Below, one piece after another: positions 1-16,727 of a stretch of DNA of 64,000 nucleotides. Origin of the DNA: the human T2T-CHM13v2.0 reference genome, Homo sapiens; NCBI RefSeq assembly GCF_009914755.1, contig NC_060930.1. The stretch is one strand, 5' to 3'. The notes beneath the pieces are model-generated. The model did not search any database. It had not been told where the DNA came from and worked only from the letters and a program-made list of their open reading frames with translations. A program made the translations under genes and the position numbers. The first letter of the stretch is position 1. The number at the start of each line of letters is the position of its first letter.

Positions 1-9
1 AGATTTCTT

Positions 10-155
10 GGCTTGGTGTGGTGGCTCACCCCTGTAATCTCAGCACTTTGGGAGGCCAAGACAAGAGGATTGCTTGAGCCCAGGAGTTCATGACCAGCCC
101 AGGCAACATAGCAAGACCCCCGTCTCTACAAAAAATTTAAAAATTGGCTGGGCAT
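10..155 (+). mobile_element. AluJ left arm / FLAM
   Basis: ggtggctcac..tgtaatc..ggattgcttgagcccaggag, ending just after the A-rich linker. Confidence 0.85.
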
Positions 156-503
156 TAAAAGTTTTAATTTTTTTTTTCTCCTCCATAAATTAGGAATAAC
201 TTACTTTGAAACATAGGAATAAACTTAACTTGAATTACTGGTATTTGTATTTGAAAAACTAAAGAACTGCGGCATCAATTATATGGACAGACAGCAGTTT
301 ATGTCTCTTCTGAGCAGCGTACATGGTGGCCACATAGAGCAGCCCAAGGAGCCCCTGGCTAACGCAGCCAGCAGCAGGCACAAGTGGTAGTTAGCTGTAT
401 GCTGTCCACTGCAGGACATCTTCAGATCAATCCTTTTCAGAGTCTATTACGAACTCACAGTATCTTACTCGTAGAAGAAATCTGGCCATAGGTATTTGTC
501 TGA

Positions 504-1479
<976 letters not shown>

Positions 1480-1589
1480 TAAAAGGCTTTACCAATCATG
1501 GAGAAAATAAAATTAGAGGGATAATTTTGGTGACCCTTTGCTTTCTGTTTCTTCTCAAACTTCTCACCTTTTTTCTTCTTAATCATTAG

Positions 1590-1692
1590 AAACTGGGAAT
1601 AAATAAGACTGATCCGAGCACACTGACAGAAGAGGAAGTGAGTAAATTTGCCCGTCTCGACATCGACCCATCTACCATCACGTGGCAGAGAG
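1590..1692 (+). CDS. MTHFD1L: MTHFD1L coding exon A (103 nt, phase 0 to 1): [34 protein letters not shown]
   Basis: Pyrimidine tract and cattag acceptor ending 1589; GAG|gtgggt donor; open frame. Confidence 0.96.
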
Positions 1693-2309
1693 GTGGGTGC
1701 TGGGGAGATGCCAGCAGGCTGATGGCCAGGTGGGGAGGCGTGTTCGAGCCGAAGCGCTTAAATTCAGAAACTTACAGTTTGATCCTGTCCAGTGATCTTC
1801 CCAGCCTGTGCTTCATATTCCCACCATTTATTTCAGTTACTATTATCGTACCACCCTCCCTTATCCTTGCCTCCAATTAAAACAAAAATTCTGTCCAGGG
1901 TCAATCCCATCTACTCCCGTGTCTTCTAAATTTCCAAGGAAAATTACCTAATTTTCTCTTCTGTTTCTCTCTCCTTTGGCCTCTTGTATCTATATTAAGA
2001 AAAAAAAAAGAAACTTTTTTTAAAGACCACGCCTCCCTGGCTTTGTCCTGCTCCTCCTCCACCCACCATCCCACCTTCTTCTGTTCACTTCCTTACCACT
2101 GGCTCTCGGCAGCTCTCTGTGTGTTTCCAGTGCTGGATTTTCCTCCAAGTCTGATATGTGCTTTCACCCACTTAACGAGGCATCGCTCCACTGCTTCACA
2201 TGCATCCAGGTGGAGTCCCCGTGAGCTCCCCACCACCTCGACTTCCCTGCTTCCCTCTCAGTTGTGAAGTCCCCTTCCTTCTCCCACACTGCCCTCAGTC
2301 TCATCGCTC

Positions 2310-2430
2310 ACTATGGGATGAGACAGAGGGAAATGCACTAAACAGGAAGTTAGGAGCCCTGAGTGTGTGTCTCCCCTGCCACTGACTCACTGCATGATCT
2401 CGAGCAGGTCGCATGCATGTTCTTGGCGTT
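2310..2430. mobile_element. MIR fragment
   Basis: Degenerate MIR core (ggagccctgagt..ctgccactgactcactgcatgatctc). Confidence 0.5.
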
Positions 2431-2999
2431 GGAGATGGAGATGGTCACATACGCTGCACAGAAACACGGCAACCACATTTTATGAACCCTGTGCAACTGC
2501 AGAAATGTTCAATGGCATGGATCCCTGATTCTTCCTGGATTATTCTTCTCATACTTGTGCCCTCATTTACCTCTTTATGCTCACATTTGGAACATATTTA
2601 TCAGATGCGCATTTTATAGCAGTTCCCGACTAATAGATTATCTTGCTTCCGTTTCCATCCCCCAGTTCAGAGGGTTCACATTAACAGAGATATCCCGTTG
2701 TGATCAGAGGCCTCCAGTGGCTCCCCACATCCTGGGTGATACAGTTGCCATCGCAGAGCTTGGTCTTCAGGACACCCGCAGTGGCTTCCCTCACTCTGCT
2801 CCCTGCCTGCTTTCTAGTCAGCAGTGCCGACCTCCATCCTCCTGCCAGCCCTAGCTGGGCCATCTCCATCCTGTCTCCTGCCTAGGCCAGTGTTGCCCTC
2901 TAAGATGCACCCAGGTCTCGTCCCTTCAGGGAGCTTCCCTTCTGGGAATCCACCCAGCCAGTCCATTAAGAATTTAGTGTAGTCCCACAAACCATGAGG

Positions 3000-3150
3000 T
3001 AGAGAGACAAAGACCAGAGACTGAGCGTTGGCTCTGCGGTTTATGGGCTGCACAACTTTGGACAGACTGCTCACTCAGTTTCCTCATCTTTAAAATGGAA
3101 TCATAATTCCAGCTGCCTTGCTGGGAGGCTTCACTGAAACATAAGCATCC
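3000..3150. mobile_element. MIR fragment
   Basis: ctcagtttcctcatctttaaaatggaatcataat. Confidence 0.65.
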
Positions 3151-3219
3151 TTTCCAGACCCAAAAGCTCTGCCCACACGATCATCAGAAGTCACTGTGGT
3201 GATAGCTGTATTGAGTAGA

Positions 3220-3530
<311 letters not shown>

Positions 3531-3564
3531 TAGTTTTTTTGAGTGTCTTTGTCTCCCAAACTAA

Positions 3565-3889
<325 letters not shown>

Positions 3890-5097
3890 AGAAACTTTCA
3901 AGGATACATTTTTCATTTTGAAATAAGTAATAACATTATAGAGATTTTGGAAATGTCTCAAAAGAATTTTAAAAACCTTGCTATACTAATAAAACTACTA
4001 TTCATAGTTTTTTGTGTGCATCTAGTTTTTTGGTATAACTCTAGTTATAACTTTAGTGTATAGATTTTATATCCTACGAGTTTCATTCATTTATATCATA
4101 AGCATTTTGTATTTTGTTAGCTCTTTGTTGTAATGGCCATTTTAAATACTCTAGAATATTCCTTTGTGGATGAACCACAACTTACTTAAGCAAGGCTCAG
4201 TTCTTGAAAACACCAACAGCATTTTAAATAATGGACATGAATACTTTAAGCATTTTATTGAGAAGCCTACATATTTTCTTTGAAAATTTTTTTTATAACT
4301 AGGAAGATTTATTATTAAAATGTCATCATGTCCAAAATGTATTGTCATCTTTTTTTTTTTCAAAGCATTTGTGATTTTGTGTTACTCTTCAAAACTTTTT
4401 TGGAGGTTTACTGATGATAGGAAAATCAGGAAGGTGGAAATTAGTGTATTTTAAACCAAGCATATGGATGTGCTAAAAGAGAAAGTTTTATGCCAATTGG
4501 TATTCTTTGGTGTCTGCTTTGGGGTTCCAGCCTGAGCAGCCATCAGAAACAGGGCAATGGCTTAGACATGGATCTTGGAAGAGAAAGGCTACATCATCTT
4601 TTATACCTGGGTCTGGTCTGCAATTGGTTTCTCTCTGGAGCCAGGAAGGACTGAAGTGTTTTGTGGTTGTGAATCACTTTTAATGGAAGTGACAACTTTA
4701 CAAAATTCTTCCGGAAAAAAATTTGAATTCCATTATTGTTCAGGGCACTGAAGTAAAGAAAACTTTATTGCTGTGGACAAGCTACCTGGGTCAGAGGAAT
4801 TTGGAATGACATTTGATAAGTAGTTTGGCTCTTATGACCATGAATTAATAACAGAAATAGGACTCTTCATCAAAAGAATTGAGAACATTTGCTAGTAGGG
4901 TTTTTTGGCTTAAACCTAGAACTAATGTAACCCTTGTGATGAAATTGGATCCTTATTTGATTTGACAACTAGAGCAGGACAGTCAGGGTGCACGGTGGTG
5001 GGAGTGAGACCCTCTTCTCAGGCCATATGGATGTTGCGCCATTTAATGACCACCCCTTCCTTTCAGCCTGTGTACAAAATCTGATGATTGTTTCATC

Positions 5098-5383
5098 TTT
5101 TTTTTTGAGACAGAGTCTCACTCTCTTGCCAGGCTGGAGTGCAGTGTGCGATCTCGGCTCACCGCAACCTCCAACTCCCTGGATCAAGCAATTATCCTGC
5201 CTCAGCCTCCCGAGTAGCTGGGACTACAGGCATGCGCCACCATGCCCAGCTAATTTTTGTATTTTTAGTAGAGACGGGGTTTCATCGTGTTGGCCAGGAT
5301 GGTCTCGATTTCCTGACCTCGTGATCCGCCTGCCTTGGCCTCCCGAAGTGCTGCGATTACAGGCGTGAGCCACCGCGTCCAGC
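5098..5383 (-). mobile_element. Alu (AluSc-like)
   Basis: TSD gattgtttcatctt at 5086-5099 and 5385-5398. Confidence 0.95.
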
Positions 5384-5842
5384 AGATTGTTTCATCTTAT
5401 GCCTCATACCGAAAGTTTAAAGGCCTCATGTTCCTGGACCCAGAGTGGAACAAGGAACCCACAGACCTTTCCAGAAATACTTAACATAAGCAGAAGAAAA
5501 TATAGACATACAGCCATTTTGTTACAGAGCATAATTTTGCACAGATGAGCCTCTGCCTGTCCGAGCCCCGGGGCCTCACAGGCTTGCCGTCTCTCCATCT
5601 CCCTCGCATGCCCAACTCCTGGCCATGGACCAAGGGCCCACAAGCCTCCCTCAGCCTCAGGGAATCAACCATCAAGTGGCTGGTTCCTTGCCCCAACAAC
5701 ACTCTAGGGAATCAGTACCGTGTCTTCCACTGGGGCCGAAACAGTGGACCTGCCCCTGATTGAACACCTTGTACTGCCAGGCTCTTGGCCAATATTGGCT
5801 GTTTCATCAGCCATTAGGCATACTGTGGATGTTCCTTAGGAC

Positions 5843-5877
5843 ATAGTCAGCACTGTAGTATAGTCAGCACTGTAGTA
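5843..5877. repeat. 17-bp perfect tandem duplication (atagtcagcactgtagt x2)
   Basis: Read directly. Confidence 0.95.
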
Positions 5878-6826
5878 CTAAAAGGGATGGTCCAGAGCAA
5901 AAAATAAGCAAACAGATCTCCCCCGGCTGCCTCCACCCCCACACCCACTGGCATTGTCCTAGCATGCCTTACATAAGAGGCTGGCACTGTCTTCACTATA
6001 TCTCTGTACAGCTGGCTCGGGACTAGGCACAAGTAGCCCCTCAATACATACTCCAGGAGTGAATAAGTGTTTCTTATTCCACCTTTAGTTCTATCATTCA
6101 GAGACCAGGAATTCCATTTTGGATCACTAACTTAGGGTTACTTTCTAGTATCTTTCTTGTGGGCTGGAATTTAACCTTCACATTTCTTATGTATCACTGA
6201 TGCATCACTTACCGGGCCATGTTAAAGGCAGAGGTGGGCTTTGGAGGCCACTGATTCTAGTTGATCTTGCCAGACATTTTTTTTTCTTGTTTTCTCTTTG
6301 CTGGATAAAAAACAGCTGAATTTCTCTTGTTGATTTTAAAGAAATTTGATAAAAAGATTCCCTCAATCTGGTGCCAAGATCGTGTATACTACAGAGCAGG
6401 AAAGAGGTTTTTAGTTGATTGACTTTGCACCCCATGTACATCTTGGGAAGAACAGTGGTGGCTGAGGATACTATTGAAAAGCAGGCCTTTCATTTTGTAT
6501 ATGCTCTGCTTATAGCTGAAAAACTCATAAAGAAGGTTTCTGTGTGTTTATATGAGTGTCAGTTGGTGTTTGTGTGAGGGTGTCAGTGTGTCTGAGAGAG
6601 AGGGAGCTTGTTATAAAGACTAACAACAGCCGAGTCAGGGAACAGCCATAGGCCAAGAGGGCAAGCTGGCCTGCTGGTGCTTTGCGTATGAAAGAAAAGG
6701 TTAACTTTCTTCATCCTACGGATGCCTATAGTACCAAATACGTAATTTCCATCACCATTTTCATAAGTGCTGTATCGTATACATTGAGTAAAGTGGATCT
6801 AAATTGTCAATGTGGACAGCTTGTTA

Positions 6827-7463
<637 letters not shown>

Positions 7464-7559
7464 ATAACTGAAATTCTAATAAGCCAGTGAAGAAAATAAA
7501 GAGAACTGGTACTTGCTCTATTCACCATTCACCCCCGCCACCCCCCACAATTCTACTTT

Positions 7560-8389
<830 letters not shown>

Positions 8390-8550
8390 TGATTCTTTCT
8401 CTATGTCTACCCACTAGATGGTCAGCTTGGGGGAGCCTGACCTTTTCTCTTTCACCCTCTGCAACTTCCTGAGCATCAGAACAATGCCAGACACACACCA
8501 GGTGGCTGGTCCATATTTGTCGACTGAATGACTAATCTGTTCTCTTTCAG

Positions 8551-8627
8551 TATTGGATACAAATGACCGATTTCTACGAAAAATAACCATCGGGCAGGGA
8601 AACACAGAGAAGGGCCATTACCGGCAG
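8551..8627 (+). CDS. MTHFD1L: MTHFD1L coding exon B (77 nt, phase 1 to 0): (V)LDTNDRFLRKITIGQGNTEKGHYRQ
   Basis: actaat branch-like motif, tctctttcag acceptor, CAG|gtaggt donor; phase matches exon A. Confidence 0.97.
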
Positions 8628-9060
8628 GTAGGTGGTGCTTTCTTCCCGGGTGTGGCTCTGTTCTTACGTTCATTTCTACTGGCCTGGGAGCTCACTCTTT
8701 GCCTTTCTTGTCTCATCCCCAACCTGTTGTGGCCAGTGGTTCTCTCACTGTTTTGGGTGCTCAGCAGGGCTGGGAGAGGATCAGAAGACATAGAGGCTCC
8801 AGTGTCTTTTTACCATCTTTTCTATGTATGTTTATTTCATTTTCTTTTTTTCATGTATGTTTCCAATTGTGTTTCCAGGAAGAGCCACTCAGGGTATTCT
8901 TTGAATATAAATTCTTACTTATTTTATTGGGAACCATCCAGGTAATACTACATCTGCATAACTGATAAATGAAAATCTCAGACACATTACTCAAATTTCA
9001 TATATCAAAGAACAAACACCTAGTTATTAGACTTAATAGCATGAGGATTTTTTAAAGGAT

Positions 9061-9094
9061 AATGGCTTATTAATACAAAAATGGCTTATTAATA
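9061..9094. repeat. Direct repeat aatggcttattaata x2 (19-bp period)
   Basis: Read directly. Confidence 0.9.
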
Positions 9095-9799
9095 AAATAC
9101 AGAGAATGCAGAAGAAAAATTATGTCTGACTTCATTGTAATAGATATTGGATGTGCGTCAATGGCACTTAGGGAATACAAATTAATTCCTATGATTTTTC
9201 ATCCAGGCACAGTGGGCTTCTAAATTGTGTTGTGTTTTTTTTTCTTTTGAATTGATTATAAACTGTACATTTAAGAACAGTTTTAGATTTCTGTCCTTTA
9301 TGTTAAGTTTTTATTAGTGAAAAAAGAGTCACCTTACTATAATAACCAATCCTTACGCCAAATAGACTTGTGACCTTTTGAAGTGTCTTGAATTAAAAAG
9401 TGAATGTAGGTATTGGATTAAGAAGAGAAACTTAAGTTCGTGGACCTTGTCTCCTCCCAGTCCTGTAACTTACACACACACACACAAACAGATTTCAAAT
9501 ATCCATGCTAGCAAACTGGAATCATTGCCATGAAGTTTTAGATAGTTCTGAAAAATAGGAAGATGGAATTAGATTGATGATTAAAAGGACAGCCCAAAAT
9601 ATGGTGGACTTCCATCCTTAACAAGCATTCTTGCTTTTCATGTTCTTAGCCTCTCCTGCTAAAGTGGGAGCTTTATAAAAGCAGAGGTTATTCCCCTTTT
9701 TATTTGCTGCTGTGTTCCCTATGTTCAGAACAGAACTTTGTTACATATAGTCGTAAGTGTTCAGTAAATACCTGTTGAACAAATGAGTAGAATAAGTAA

Positions 9800-11270
9800 A
9801 AGACAATTTATGGATACAGAACTAAAATGCCAACATAAAAAGATGTTCATGAATAATCATAAAACTGCAAATTGAAACAATGGAGTATCATTTACCTAGG
9901 AGCTTGTCAAGTGAAAATAGTAGGTACTAAATGCTAGTGAGGATGCAATGAAATGGGGGCATTTATGCAGCGTTAGTGGGAGTAGAAATCCTTTTTGGAT
10001 GAGTTTGTTATTACTAAAATTTGAAATGACCCAACAATTACAACTTTGGAACTAAAAATATTTTAATGAAAAGAACAAGAAAATGTGTAACGTACAGGAA
10101 AAAATTCTGTGTATTAGGATATTTGTTGTGCCATTATTTGCAGTGGTGAAAATTGGAAACAATCCAAATGTCCAACAGTAGAGATGGTTGCATATATTTG
10201 GTCCGCCATTTTGTCCCATGGGAGAGTTGAAATTAATAAATGTGCGTATGGGTGTCTTGACATGAGTAGAGAGCTCTCATACACCATTGGAAAGGTTGTA
10301 AAAACCATTTTAAAACTTTGAAGTAAAATACTGATATTGTAAACCTGTTTATGTTAAGAAAAACCCAGCGTGTTTACTTACATTATAGGCACTTACAACT
10401 TATTTGTGTATATAAGTGCCTAGAATGAAAAGTAGAAAGATGTATACCAACTGTTGGCATTAGTTGCCTGTGTAATAAAAGCGAGTATTGAAAAGGCCCT
10501 TTCTCTGCATAGTTTTTTACTGTTTAGGTACTGGAGAGATGGAAGATTCACAGTGGCCTTGATTTCAGTGCCTACTCTGTGCATTGTATTGATAGTTCCA
10601 TTACATATATTAGCACAGTTCATTTGTAAAGCTGATTTGCAAATGAGGAAATTGGGATGTTATGTTAAAAAAACTTGCCCAAGGTTATATCTTGTGTTGC
10701 TTCGTGCATAGATATTTTTAAGTAAAAAGGGGTTATAGTGTATTTAAGAGCTTTAACTGCTTTTTATTTATCATAAGACTGTAGTGAAGACATCTTTTTA
10801 TGTCGATAAAGGTAGACCTGTATCTTCATTTTTAATGACCACATCATATCTCATAGAGGTACCATAGTAGATTCAGCCATTTCCCTGTTAATGAACATGT
10901 AGAGTGTTTGCAGTTTCAGGCTATCACAAGTAAGCTGTAGTAAGTATACACATATATTTGTGTGTATACTTGATACTATCCTTAGGATATTATTCCAGAT
11001 GTGTGATTGCAGAGTCCAAGAGGATACAAATTTCCAATGTTGACATATGTTTTGACATTAACTTCCAGGAAATTCATACCAATTCACATCCTTGCCAATA
11101 TTCCATATTGGCCTTTGTTTAAATGTGTGCTAAATCCCTCATTTGCCCTATCGTGATTATTACACATTGCATACCTGTATCAGAATAGTTCATGCAATCC
11201 ACAAATATATACACCTACTATATACCTAAAAAAATGAAAAGGTAAATACTAAATCAATAAATGTGTGATA
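9800..11270. mobile_element. Old L1M fragments (both orientations) with a MIR at ~10520-10710
   Basis: aattggaaacaatccaaatgtccaacagtagaga and L1MA-type 3' end attacacattgcatacctgtatca. Confidence 0.65.
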
Positions 11271-12339
11271 AGCTGATGAACAATAACGTTTTCATTGGCA
11301 TCTTTATATGATTTTGAAATATTTTATTTGCAAAACAGAAATGAGCAGCCTTCCGCTATGCACGTCATTTAGTCATTAAAGTGAATGACAGTGATACTTT
11401 AATTGACCCAGTGTGTTTCATTTTTTTTATGCTCAAGATGTGAAATTTTGTAATTGTAACAATTACAAATGAAGAGCTTGAATATCGATTATATATTATT
11501 CTTATTTACACAGCTAATATTTCAAGAATGTTTCTAGTCTCATGTTTTGTACAGAAAATCTCCATATTTTTTAGTCATTTTCTCATATGCACTGTTTATA
11601 ATAGAATGGTAGTATAGAGAACCCTAAATTTCATACAATGAAAGACCACTTATGTTTGGAATGAGTTATATTGAGAATGTAATAATTGAATATAGTTGTA
11701 TTTGACTTTCAGGTAATATTTTTTCACTAAATCAGTGACTAATGCAATCTCAACCAGGAAGTAGCCAGAAAGCTCCTTATTTCCTTCCTTTCCTTACTTG
11801 TCAGTGATGGAAATGGATAATAAAATGTCTCATAAGGTGATCCCACCAGGGCACAGCCATTCTCTCTCTGCGTAAGCTTGAACTTGTCTGGCTCACACTC
11901 CCCTTGGGAAGAAGAGAATTAAGCTGGGGCGTAATGAAGTGGTTCTGTCCAGAGAAACATTCCTAGTGGCTGAATTATGAGGAGGAGGAAGTACACATTT
12001 CTGTGTCCCTTTTATTCCATGTTGGACTTCGTACAACGTGGAGCCACAGCCAAGAGATGGGAATAGGAAGTCCTAGAACTTTTTGCAAAAAGTCTGTGCT
12101 CTCTAGCTTTCACTACTGAAAGCTTCAAGATCTGATGTGGCCATATCCTCCTGGGCAGCTGAAAATTGAGTCTGTGCCACCAGTTGACTGGGTTGCCCTC
12201 CCTGCTGTGTTGAGATCCAGCTCTGGGAAAGTAGCCTCACATGCAGGAAGCCAGCATCTTTCACTGCCCCTTATCTCTGTGCCAGACAGACAATGCAGCC
12301 TTCTTGACAGATCTATTACTAACAAGGGAGGTGGCCCGT

Positions 12340-12700
12340 AGGCTAGTCATTAATTCATCTGATGCATATTGTATGCCTACTGGGTCTCATGCTCCGTGCT
12401 GGGGATTCAGAAGTGAACCTGCCTAATATAGTCCCTGCCGTCATGGCACTTACGGTCCAGTGGTAGACTGATAATGACCACACTAGACTGATAATGACAT
12501 TAGTAATCAATTAAGTCTGAGACATGCTACAACAGCAAACCATGTGGTAGTGCTGTGAGCGGGTGTAACAGGGGTCCTAACTCAGCCCACCCTTTGCTGA
12601 GCAGAGCATGGCAAAGAGCACATTCCGCCTGGGAGGCCACCCTAGGGAGCACCAGGCACAAACCCTGCATGGTCCAGACACGCAGAAAACTGATGGGATT
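12340..12700 (-). mobile_element. L2 fragment
   Basis: attcat..tatgcctact..gtccctgccgtcatggcacttac resembles the reverse L2 3' end. Confidence 0.6.
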
Positions 12701-12830
12701 GCATGCATGGCCTTTTGAGGGTAGACTCTCTGGGCCTGTGGTTGCTTCATGGCTGAAGTCCAGCTCCTTGTGGGAATGGCCATCCCACTGGCACTGTCGC
12801 TGACCACTACCTGTGTTTGGGCTGGTTCAG

Positions 12831-12971
12831 GCGCAGTTTGACATCGCAGTGGCCAGCGAGATCATGGCGGTGCTGGCCCTGACGGACAGCCTCGCAGACA
12901 TGAAGGCACGGCTGGGAAGGATGGTGGTGGCCAGTGACAAAAGCGGGCAGCCTGTGACAGCAGATGATTTG
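12831..12971 (+). CDS. MTHFD1L: MTHFD1L coding exon C (141 nt, phase 0 to 0): [47 protein letters not shown]
   Basis: ggttcag acceptor, TTG|gtgagt donor; conserved FTHFS FDIxVASEIMA motif. Confidence 0.97.
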
Positions 12972-13628
12972 GTGAGTGTTTCCAACCCGGAAGCTTCAGG
13001 GAGTGGACGGTCCTCGTTCTTCGTTACCAGAAAAAGAAAGGTTTTCTTCCTTTTATCAGTGAGTGTAATGAGGATACAGAAAAAGTTCCCACACACACAT
13101 TTCTTCCCCGACAAGCATGTTTGCCTGACTGCTTCCTAATGTTCTCATAGTCATATATGACGTGCTTATGCCTGGCTGCAACAAAAACATGTGAAATTTA
13201 TTTCAGGAGCTTTCCACCATCCTTGCCAATCCTGATCTCTGCTTCTGCCTGGGCTGGGGAGGAGTCACCCCCCTGCAGTCACTTGGTGACTTTTAAAAAA
13301 TGTACCTTCTATGCCTGCCTGAAATTGAGGGCAAATCACCTTTCCAAGGAACAGAAGGAAGTGGCTCTGCTTCCATGAACAGGAAGATAAAGTTAAAATT
13401 GGCACATTTCTGGCACCAGCCTGGCTTATTATTTAATTTGGGGCCTTAGATTTGGGTTTTGTATTATAAAAGCAAATCTCTGCCTCAATCAGTCTTGCTT
13501 TTCTAGTTCCCCTTTGAGTAGTTGTGGTGCTTTCTGTAAAGCTTCCATGGAACACCATTTCCTTTTTTAGTGCTTTTTCTAATTGGCATGCTAGTCTTCT
13601 TTTCTTCTTCGTCTTTCTGGTATAATAA

Positions 13629-13949
<321 letters not shown>

Positions 13950-14529
13950 TTTTCCAGTTAACTTAAACTCCACATATTCCATAGGTGTTTTGTTTGCTTG
14001 CATTTTTGTATATAAGTGCATGGGTGTGGACACAGGCCTCTAAGATAGCCATTACTCCAAATTTAAGTTTACTTTCCCATATACTGAATCTCCTACAATA
14101 ATGGAACTTAAAATGCACACTGGTGATTGGTAAGCAGTTGTGAACAGAGAGAGGCAAAGTCATATTTTATTAATTTCAAGGGCTTAGGGTATAATTTGAA
14201 TTCTTTTTCAAAGTGTCCGGATTGTTTTTCAGCTGCTTTTGAAGAAATGAATCTAACTCATCTCAGAAGTCTTGTCAAGTAAATTCAATAGATCAACGTA
14301 TGTCGCAGCCTATGGAATACTTAGTATAAAAATTGAAGAGAAAACCCTCAGGTTGCTATAAAAGTGCTGCTTTATTAAAATTACCAAAATCTCACTATTT
14401 CTATCTAAACTGACATACTACAGTTTCTGTCTAAATACATTGCTCTGTATTTTATTAATTTGTATGGCAATAAATATGTGTCAGGAACAGTTTTAAAACT
14501 TAATCCTCAAATACTGCTTCCTTAAATCT

Positions 14530-14841
<312 letters not shown>

Positions 14842-14903
14842 TTAAATGTATTTTTGTGTGAGTGTATGATAAAAATCTTGGATCTGGAACAAACCCAAAG
14901 ATT

Positions 14904-14974
14904 ACTCTTTTTAGTTACCTTTTTAAATAAACTCTTTATTTATCTTTTTAATAAACTCTTTTTAGTTATCTTTT
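14904..14974. repeat. Degenerate 24-27 bp minisatellite (actctttttagtta..ttttaataa x~2.7)
   Basis: Units start at 14904, 14931 and 14955. Confidence 0.85.
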
Positions 14975-15449
14975 GTGTTTCTTGTTTGCAAAAAGTAACT
15001 AATTTATTAAATTGTGCTTCATCCAGTGGGAGCTATTGAGAGTTGGCCACCCATAGAAAATTGAGGGAGGATTTTAGGAACTGCTGAAGGTTTCTGCCAC
15101 ATGCATGATTCTGATATACCCTGGAAGAATCCATCTGAGCCTTCCCCACATGGACACAGAGTGTGGAATGCTAGCAGCACACAGAGGGTGGCAGAGCTTG
15201 CCCTGCACGTGACAGCACAGGCGCTGAGATGTGTCCCAGAAAAATGAGCAGGTAGAAGCCTACCTGAGACATCCAACAGAAACATCCCTCTTAACTTCCT
15301 TCCTCCTTTAGTGTTTTGAATCAGTTTATTTGGTTGGGAAGTGTAAGCAAGGATAGTGTACAGAGAAGTAGGAAAACTACTCCTCTTCTTCCACCTGCTC
15401 TGCATTAGCACAACAGGACAACTCTCACTGAGCCTTCCTGTCCTGAAGA

Positions 15450-15790
<341 letters not shown>

Positions 15791-15869
15791 TGAACCATCT
15801 TCGTGTATGTATAATGAGTGGGTTGCATTCATATCATGTGTGTTTTATACACTGAGGTAGATTCCAGTT

Positions 15870-16065
15870 ACGTAGGAATATAGTTAGTAATAGTGTATTC
15901 CTGAAAATTGCTAAGAGAGTGGTTATAAAGTATTCTCACCACCAAAATGATAACTGTGAGGTAATGCATATGTTAATTAACTAGGTTTAATCATTCCACA
16001 GCATATACTTCAAAACATCATGTTATACACAATAAATACATACAGTTTTATCTGTCAATTTGAAG
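15870..16065 (+). mobile_element. L1MA 3' UTR fragment
   Basis: gaaaattgctaagagagt..ttctcaccac..aaaacatcatgttatacac. Confidence 0.8.
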
Positions 16066-16443
16066 TTAAGGAAGAAAATAGATTGGATTTTCTTACACCT
16101 TTTAAATGATTAAATATTATAAAAATAGAAACCAATCACATGAGAGAAACATTTACTACTGTTGTTGATAAAAGTACGGGGAGAATGTAACGCACTTTAG
16201 AGTGAGGAAGATTCTCTGGATTCTACCACTGCATCTGTTAGCGCCATGGCATACTGTGGTAAAATGGCACTGTTTTCCGATGCTATGTACAGCAAGGGAT
16301 AGCGCCCTGTTTTCCCCCCCTAGAGCTACCGTTACAAGCATTTGCTTATGTTATAGCCTTCCAATAACTAATATGTTGAAAACACCAAGACACCACTTAA
16401 GGTCTTTACAAAGTGAGAAGGAATTGGGAAAAAAAGAAACAAA

Positions 16444-16727
16444 GGCCGGGCACGGTGGCTCACGCCTGTAATGCTAGCACTTTGAGAGGCCGAGGCAGGC
16501 AGATCATGAAGTCAGGAGTTCGCGACCAGCCTGGCCAATATGGTGAAACCCCATCTCTGCTAAAAATACAAAAAAAATTAGCCGTGTGTGGTGGTGCATG
16601 CCTGTAGTCCCAGCTACTGGGGAGGCTGAGGCAGAAGAATCGCTTGAACCCTGGAGGCAGAGGTTGCAGTGAGCCTCCAGCCTGGGCAACAGAGAGAGAT
16701 TCCGTTCTCAAAAAAAGAAAGAAAAGA
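16444..16727 (+). mobile_element. Alu (AluS) with ~20-bp deletion in the right arm
   Basis: gcagtgagc joined directly to ctccagcctggg. Confidence 0.93.

Noticed and set aside
11695-11720. ctttcag|gtaata recursive-splice-like site
   Set aside because: Sits in a 4.2-kb intron with an interrupted pyrimidine tract and a moderate donor; recursive splicing is mainly a feature of very long introns
12827-13114. Antisense ORFs over exon C (and 62321-62548 over exon F)
   Set aside because: Shadow ORFs expected opposite coding sequence; no independent signals
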